Shown: positions 55,986-61,794 of the stretch, piece by piece
Position numbering within the stretch: the first letter of the stretch is position 1
How the letters are laid out: each line of letters begins with the position of its first letter
Assembly: GCA_021731695.1 (NCBI GenBank)
Contig: JAKFWZ010000070.1
Coordinates: 1-61,794 of the forward strand
DNA length: 61,794 nt
DNA from: Candidatus Daviesbacteria bacterium
GTDB lineage: Bacteria > Patescibacteriota > Microgenomatia > Daviesbacterales > UBA10151
Direction: 5' to 3'
Notes under the pieces: model-generated
What the model was told of the DNA's origin: nothing
The model's input: the letters and a program-made list of their open reading frames with translations, nothing else
Database searches by the model: none
Program-made: the position numbers and the translations under genes

Positions 55986-58556
55986 ATGAGAATAATTTTC
56001 TCCCTCATCGCTACTCTATTTGTTACTGTCTTCACGGCAGTAAATTTTACCGGTACTTCTTACGCTGCTGCTCCATTAAAAATCTCACCTGTTCATTTAA
56101 ATAATCCTTCCCCATGCGGTGTTTTTCATAGCCCTTCTCCATATACCTTTAATTACGAGGGTGGAACTGTGATGTTATCTGCAAATTCTAATGGCTCAGG
56201 AAGTCTATATACTGATGACAAAATTGATATCGAAGTTACCCGAGTTGATGGCACAAAAGCAACTTTTAGTAAAGATTATGGTAATGGATCGTTAATTATT
56301 CCGACTACTCCCCAAAATGTGACTAGTCTTTTTAAGGCGGGCAACAACAGTGTAAAAGTTACGATGACGGACACGCGGCTTCCTTATTGTAATTCTTCAG
56401 AATACTGGTTAGTCGAAAGCGGGGGTGGTGGTTCCGCTCCAGCAAAACCAAGCATCAAACCAAGAAGCGACTGGAAAGGTGAGAATAATGGAGTGCAAGA
56501 CCCTCAAACAGCAAATCATATCGTTATTCACCATACTAAAGGTACGAATAATCCGGATGGTAACGGTACTTATGTAAGGGAACTTCAGCTGGCGTGGAGG
56601 CACGGATCACTGGGAATTCAGACCTTATTTAATCCGGCGGAAGTACTTACTAATTTAAATCGTGGAGATTATAAATCAATTAGAAACAGTTGGGCAGGAC
56701 AAATTTGGTTAATATGGGCTGAACACGAGCTCTCAAATAATTATGGTGATATCGGTTATCACTATCTCGTTGACCCATTAGGAAATATTTATGAAGGAAG
56801 ATGGAAAGGGAGTTTAGGGGAGAATGCTGATAACAAAGGAGTCTCGGTTGAGAATGCTAATACAGGAGTAGTTTCAATCGCAGCATTAGGCACCTATGGT
56901 GGTGATGGCGGTGGACTAGCGAGTTCATTTGACGGTGGAATTGCTGAGCCGACTCAGTCATGTATTAACAGCATTCAGAATTTGATAGATTGGTTAAGTT
57001 ATAAATACAATATTGGGAAAACTGGGCAATACCAGATACCTTCAAACTGTAGTGCCCCGGCAGGGCAATGTTTTGTTCCAAATATTGCTGCTCATCGTGA
57101 CTATAGTAATAAAACTTTATCCTCGCCAACTCAATGTCCGGGTGACAACCTTAATAAATTTATGGCTCAGTTTAGAGGACAAAGCTCTCAATCAGCAACT
57201 GGAACTGTTCAGTCACAGGTAGGAAGTGGGATGGTTATCGGTGGGTTATCTCCTGTTGTACTAGGCGTAGTTGATCCTACTGGCAAAAGACTTGGTATAG
57301 ATCCTGTAACTGGACAGTATTATCAAAATATTTCAGGTGGAACCCATGGAAAATTAGACTTATTTGAGGATGAACGAGAGTCTGGCGATATGCCATATTG
57401 GCTACATATTCCAAACCCTGTAAGTGGTGTATATAAAATTGATGTTGTAGGCACGGGTACAGGGGCATTCTCAGTTGCGGTAGGTGATGTTAAAACAGCT
57501 GCTTCAATGGGTATGAGAGATACTACAACTGCAGGAACAAAGGATAAGTATCAAATTATATATTCAACTGAGAATCCAGGTCAGATTGAGCTTTATAATG
57601 ACAATATTCCTCCGGTTACAAGCGGAACGATGACCTGTTCACGAGACATGCTTGGGATCTGTCGTTCAGAAGCAACAATTAAATTAAATGCAACAGATAC
57701 TGCAGATAACGGAACGAAACCTTCTGGAGTGGGTAAAATTGAGTGTTCATACGATAGTAAAGCTACATGGCAACAATGCGGTAACGCTCAGGACGGACAA
57801 ATTGTATTTGATAAAACAGGCAAGTATTCATTTTGGTATCGAAGTATAGATAGAGTTTTGAATGTAGAGGAAGCTAAATTCTCTGGTGTTGTTGATGTTC
57901 AAAGATACCTATCTATTGCTGATACAGAATTTAAAAGTAATCAGGCAACCACAATTAACGCAATAGGTGTTATTCACAGTAACGGCAAGATGACTTTTAC
58001 TAATAACACAACGTTAAAAATGGATATTTTGAATCATAAGGGAGTTTATTCACAAAGTGGTAATGTAGACTTCACCTTTAATCAAAAAGCTCAAATTACG
58101 AATACTGCTGCTATTCCAATCTATCCGCTTAGTCATTATAAATCAATATGTACATACTATTCTGGATCGGTAACTATAAACGATACCGGCCCTACATATA
58201 ACAAGTGTGTTTATGCGAAGGGAGATATTACATTTAGGTCTACTACGCCAAAAGGTAAGTTAACTTTAGTTAGCGAAGGAAAGATTAAAGACGAGAGTAC
58301 CACCTCCACATTAGAGGCTTGGGATAAGACTAATGGAGTGCTCTTCTATGCAGCACAAGATTTTACTTCAACAACTAATCAAAGTAAGTATACAGGAGTG
58401 ATTCTTACTCCTACTGCAATCATCGGAGGATCTCCGTCTAATACAACTGTCAATGGAAGTTTCTTTGGAAAAACCGTAAACTTTGGGAGTGGTACATCAA
58501 TGACAACTAGCCAAGCTGCAGGGTTCCCGCAAACAACCTACAATTTACCACTCTAA
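55986..58556 (+). CDS. Secreted multidomain N-acetylmuramoyl-L-alanine amidase (Amidase_2/PGRP-like)
   Basis: Signal peptide; HIVIHHT, DIGYHYLVD..G.IYEGR, IAAHRD, TQCPG; followed by beta-rich accessory domains. Confidence 0.85.
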   Translation: MRIIFSLIATLFVTVFTAVNFTGTSYAAAPLKISPVHLNNPSPCGVFHSPSPYTFNYEGGTVMLSANSNGSGSLYTDDKIDIEVTRVDGTKATFSKDYGNGSLIIPTTPQNVTSLFKAGNNSVKVTMTDTRLPYCNSSEYWLVESGGGGSAPAKPSIKPRSDWKGENNGVQDPQTANHIVIHHTKGTNNPDGNGTYVRELQLAWRHGSLGIQTLFNPAEVLTNLNRGDYKSIRNSWAGQIWLIWAEHELSNNYGDIGYHYLVDPLGNIYEGRWKGSLGENADNKGVSVENANTGVVSIAALGTYGGDGGGLASSFDGGIAEPTQSCINSIQNLIDWLSYKYNIGKTGQYQIPSNCSAPAGQCFVPNIAAHRDYSNKTLSSPTQCPGDNLNKFMAQFRGQSSQSATGTVQSQVGSGMVIGGLSPVVLGVVDPTGKRLGIDPVTGQYYQNISGGTHGKLDLFEDERESGDMPYWLHIPNPVSGVYKIDVVGTGTGAFSVAVGDVKTAASMGMRDTTTAGTKDKYQIIYSTENPGQIELYNDNIPPVTSGTMTCSRDMLGICRSEATIKLNATDTADNGTKPSGVGKIECSYDSKATWQQCGNAQDGQIVFDKTGKYSFWYRSIDRVLNVEEAKFSGVVDVQRYLSIADTEFKSNQATTINAIGVIHSNGKMTFTNNTTLKMDILNHKGVYSQSGNVDFTFNQKAQITNTAAIPIYPLSHYKSICTYYSGSVTINDTGPTYNKCVYAKGDITFRSTTPKGKLTLVSEGKIKDESTTSTLEAWDKTNGVLFYAAQDFTSTTNQSKYTGVILTPTAIIGGSPSNTTVNGSFFGKTVNFGSGTSMTTSQAAGFPQTTYNLPL

Positions 58557-58561
58557 TAATT

Positions 58562-58948
58562 ATGACTAATAAAAAGCGCTACACATATCTCCTGATTTTC
58601 ATCTCGTTGCTTGTAGTCGGGTATTTTATTTACCAGAGCCAGCATCCTAAATATATTGACGGAGTTAACCCAAGGCTGAGTGCAAATAGCCCTAAGGAGT
58701 TGATGGTTAAATTGCTTGAGCAAGAGGAGTATTTTAGAGGTTCAATTGGATACGAGTTTTTAAACACTAATAAGGATTCAGTAGAAATAGAGTTAATTAA
58801 TACCAGTACCGGTGATGACTCCATAACAGGGAAAAATGTTTTAATCTATGCACAGAAAAATGGAGATCAGTGGGAAACTACTTCTCAAAAAGCGCGTTTC
58901 AAATGTAGAGGGATCTTGAGCTTCTGGACTACTACAGCCTGCAGTTAG
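58562..58948 (+). CDS. Membrane-anchored hypothetical protein
   Basis: N-terminal TM; GDDSITG...KNGDQW motif. Confidence 0.65.
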   Translation: MTNKKRYTYLLIFISLLVVGYFIYQSQHPKYIDGVNPRLSANSPKELMVKLLEQEEYFRGSIGYEFLNTNKDSVEIELINTSTGDDSITGKNVLIYAQKNGDQWETTSQKARFKCRGILSFWTTTACS

Positions 58949-58963
58949 TATGATGTTTCCCTG

Positions 58964-59566
58964 ATGAAGTTTTTAAGAAACTTTGCCGTTATCCTTCTTT
59001 TTGCTGTATTTAGCTTGCTAACTTTTTATACTGCAATTTTTCTGGCTGTTGCTAATAGTGCTGAGTTGGATACATCGTTTAATTCGGATGTAATTCTGGT
59101 ATTGGGCGCAAGGGTATATATTGGTGATAAATTGAACCCCTGTCTTGAGACCCGTATTATCAAAGCCGTAGATTTATACAAAGCTGGGAAAGCAGGAAAG
59201 GTTATTTTTTCCGGAGGTGATGATAAAGAAGATGGGGTAAACGAGGCGGAAGCGATGAAACAGTTAGCAATAGAGAAGGGAATCCCAGAGGAGGATATAC
59301 TTGTCGAGAAGTCAGCAACTTCGACTTATGAGAATTTTATATATTCAGAAAAAATATTAGAACAAAATAACTTAAAGTTGGTAATTATTGTCACTGAGCC
59401 TTTCCATATTAAACGGGCATCACTTGTGGCAGATAAACTTGGGATTGATTATAGTGTTTCTCCGGCGAAGGACAGTCCCTGCTGGACAAACAATAAATAC
59501 TTTTCGCGCTATCTTCTCAAAGAACCGGTCGCCATTTTAGCTTATATGCTGCAAGGTAAGCTTTAA
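58964..59566 (+). CDS. YdcF/DUF218 (SanA/ElyC-like) protein
   Basis: ILVLGA, IFSGG, EAEAM, EKSATSTYEN, VTEPFHIKRA. Confidence 0.92.
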   Translation: MKFLRNFAVILLFAVFSLLTFYTAIFLAVANSAELDTSFNSDVILVLGARVYIGDKLNPCLETRIIKAVDLYKAGKAGKVIFSGGDDKEDGVNEAEAMKQLAIEKGIPEEDILVEKSATSTYENFIYSEKILEQNNLKLVIIVTEPFHIKRASLVADKLGIDYSVSPAKDSPCWTNNKYFSRYLLKEPVAILAYMLQGKL

Positions 59567-59616
59567 GATTCTCCTTATTTTTAATCTGGAAGCCATCTTT
59601 GACTTCCAGAGAATAA

Positions 59617-60597
59617 TTAAGGAGCAGGTGTTGGAGTCGGCGCAGGTATCACTACCTCGCAGTTTGAAGTACTTCCTCCTTCGCAGGTATCAGTATCACT
59701 TCCTCCATTCACTAAAGACGCCATTCCAGGCGCTCTCAGATCATCATTTCCGGATTCTCCATAAAATGAAGCCGCACCTTGTCCACGGACGACATCATCC
59801 CCAGGACCAGCATGAACAGTATCAGAACCATTCGCTAAAACCTTATCATTACCATCCCCAGCATTCACATCACTTGCACTTTGGGCACTTGTAACAATAC
59901 AATCATCGCCTCCTAGTCCTTCAATCTCATCACTTCCACCCATACCAAAAATCAAATCTCTACCCTCAGTTCCTCTTAGATTCTCAGAACCTGATGTTCC
60001 AACGACTGTTTTATCAAAAGTCATACTGGAGCATAGGGCAGGTATAGCAGGGGTTGCTGTTGCAGAAGGTGATGGACTCGGTGTCACTGACGCAGATGGA
60101 GTTGGGCTTGGTACGATCTTAACTTCGCAGTTAGTATTCTTACCTGACTGACATGTATCAGTCCCCGCACCTCCATTAGCCTTAGACGCCACACCTGGTG
60201 CAAGCAATAAATCATCACCAGCTTCTCCATAAAGAGACGCCGCGCCACCGCCATAAACCTTATCGTTGCCGCTTCCAGCTTTCACTGAATCAGATCCTTT
60301 GGCAACTACGACATCATTACCGGCTCCGGCACTCACATCACTGGCAGCACCAGTACTAGTAACAATGCAATCATCTCCTCCCATGCCCATGATGTCATCT
60401 GATCCTCCCATGCCAAAAATTAAATCCCGGCCGGAAGTTCCTAAAATCAGCTCAGATTTCTCTTTACCAATAATAGTTCTATCAAAAGTCATTCCTGAAC
60501 ATTCGCTAGGAGCAACAGGATCTGCAGCGTTTGTAGTCCTCACAAAAACAACTGTAACCAAAATTACAGTAAATACACTTAAAATTTTCTTGAGTAT
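59617..60597 (-). CDS. Secreted Ca-binding RTX-like repeat protein with two duplicated domains; apparent ATA start
   Basis: GGxGxD nonapeptides; two C..MTFD...DTC..NCE units; GGAGG RBS 8 nt before an in-frame ATA giving (M)LKKILSVF signal peptide. Confidence 0.75.
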   Translation of the reverse strand: MLKKILSVFTVILVTVVFVRTTNAADPVAPSECSGMTFDRTIIGKEKSELILGTSGRDLIFGMGGSDDIMGMGGDDCIVTSTGAASDVSAGAGNDVVVAKGSDSVKAGSGNDKVYGGGAASLYGEAGDDLLLAPGVASKANGGAGTDTCQSGKNTNCEVKIVPSPTPSASVTPSPSPSATATPAIPALCSSMTFDKTVVGTSGSENLRGTEGRDLIFGMGGSDEIEGLGGDDCIVTSAQSASDVNAGDGNDKVLANGSDTVHAGPGDDVVRGQGAASFYGESGNDDLRAPGMASLVNGGSDTDTCEGGSTSNCEVVIPAPTPTPAP

Positions 60598-60760
60598 TTA
60601 ACTCACCTCCAAACTACACTTCTCCTCCAGTATGAACGATATTTCTCAATCAATGCAAGATCTAAAATCCCCTAGCAAAATCACATACGGATATTAATTT
60701 CTCAAGTAAAAAGCACTCGTAGACTTCTGTAATAAGCTAAACTTTATACTATTTCTCTCT

Positions 60761-60787
60761 GAGCGGGTGACGCAAATTGTTTTGAAC
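60761..60787 (-). repeat. att-like scar of tRNA-Gly(TCC) 3' end
   Basis: gagcgggtga equals 61644-61653; arm similar to 54796-54822. Confidence 0.7.
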
Positions 60788-60869
60788 CCCTACTTAATTG
60801 CATCATAATTGAGTTTAGCAAGTTAGAACAAGCTTATACATCGTTTGAACAAGACTGAGAATTGGAATA

Positions 60870-61496
60870 TTAAATAGAGAATCGCGATGGTGTGGAGTAA
60901 TTAGTTACAGTTTTCCAAACACTAGAATAATCGGACAGACTTAAATCTTTTAGTATTACTGAATTCTCAGGTTTTAATCCCAGAGCTTCTGCGGTTCCCC
61001 GGCTGTAATTTTCTACACACACTTCTAGATATTCACCATATGAAGCTTGCGTGGTCTGATTTGGATCATATTGAATATTCCTATCTGTTAATAACGGTCT
61101 TAAATCTGACGCTTGAATATAAAATTTCCAAGGTAAGAGTATTAGTCTATCTCCAAACATTTTTTCTAATCTTTTAATTCGTTGTTCGTCAGCTAGAAAC
61201 GCTAAATCATCAGCGGCAGATGCATTCCTTTTCAAATTCTTAAAAGGAGGACGTCCAATTAGATATGATGAGTAGTAAATTAACGCATTGTCAGGAGTTA
61301 ACGCCAAACACCCTAATCTTCTAAAACGACTTTGTTCTCTTTGCTCAAACAAAGGATCTTCGGGTCCATCTTCATCATTATAAGATCTATTAAAGTCTAA
61401 GTGAATGATGGTATCAAAATGCTTAATTTCAGACATATTCACTGAGAGTTTACCAAAATAGAGTAAGGATAACAACCTATAGTGAAGTATTGCCAT
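60870..61496 (-). CDS. Hypothetical protein (orphan) between tRNA-Gly and its scar
   Basis: 208-aa ORF; start uncertain. Confidence 0.6.
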   Translation of the reverse strand: MAILHYRLLSLLYFGKLSVNMSEIKHFDTIIHLDFNRSYNDEDGPEDPLFEQREQSRFRRLGCLALTPDNALIYYSSYLIGRPPFKNLKRNASAADDLAFLADEQRIKRLEKMFGDRLILLPWKFYIQASDLRPLLTDRNIQYDPNQTTQASYGEYLEVCVENYSRGTAEALGLKPENSVILKDLSLSDYSSVWKTVTNYSTPSRFSI

Positions 61497-61644
61497 GTGA
61501 AATTGGAAAATGCAAGTTTGTCTTGGGGTTCGAGTCCCCTCAACCTTTTTGAATTTTAGGCACGAATTATTTTAAAATTAAAAATTACATTGAACTCTTT
61601 TTTTGAAGCTAAAAAGTGCTTATTTTTAATAGCGCCCCGTCAGG

Positions 61645-61716
61645 AGCGGGTGAGGGGGATCGAACCCCTTACGTTCACTTTGGAAAAGTGACATTCTACC
61701 GATGAATTACACCCGC
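61645..61716 (-). tRNA. tRNA-Gly(TCC)
   Basis: gcgggtg/cacccgc, tcact-ttTCCaa-agtga, T-arm. Confidence 0.93.
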
Positions 61717-61794
61717 ATAAAACTTTCAAATGTATTTTACCAGATTATTATTTAAAATCCAGCAAATCTGTCTAAATCAAATGAATATATTTTG

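Noticed and set aside
61525-61541. Extra tRNA on the + strand (ggggttcgagtcccctc)
   Set aside because: Isolated T-arm-like hairpin with no D-arm, anticodon arm or acceptor partner.

Overview
A 61.8-kb chromosomal window that most likely comes from a Patescibacteria/CPR (Microgenomates-like) genome. This is an inference from the gene repertoire, the many TATAAT-leaderless starts and the characteristic small repeats. It uses standard code 11. It carries 11 tRNA genes and housekeeping or cell-wall genes (murT-gatD, yvcK, obgE, murA, glmS, adenosine kinase-ahcY, nth, purD, HIT). Accessory blocks include a cluster of four secreted Asn/Gly-rich ~90-aa-repeat proteins with a sortase, a copper/metal locus with a histidine kinase, a crtI-crtB-prenyltransferase-GT2 carotenoid operon, two TA pairs, a tRNA-Pro island with a frameshifted large serine recombinase and a HEPN protein, and a tRNA-Gly(TCC)-anchored accessory region with a large amidase. 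The strongest non-obvious signals are four. (i) A family of ~125-bp units duplicates the 3' ends of three different tRNAs and shares a conserved core. (ii) Unrelated nuclease ORFs end inside or right before tRNA genes. (iii) The sortase-linked, curli-like repeat-protein cluster. (iv) Several micro-repeat families, including a 20-bp palindrome inserted in frame in essential genes and a 129-bp IS200/IS605-type mini-element. No CRISPR array, rRNA or intron was found.
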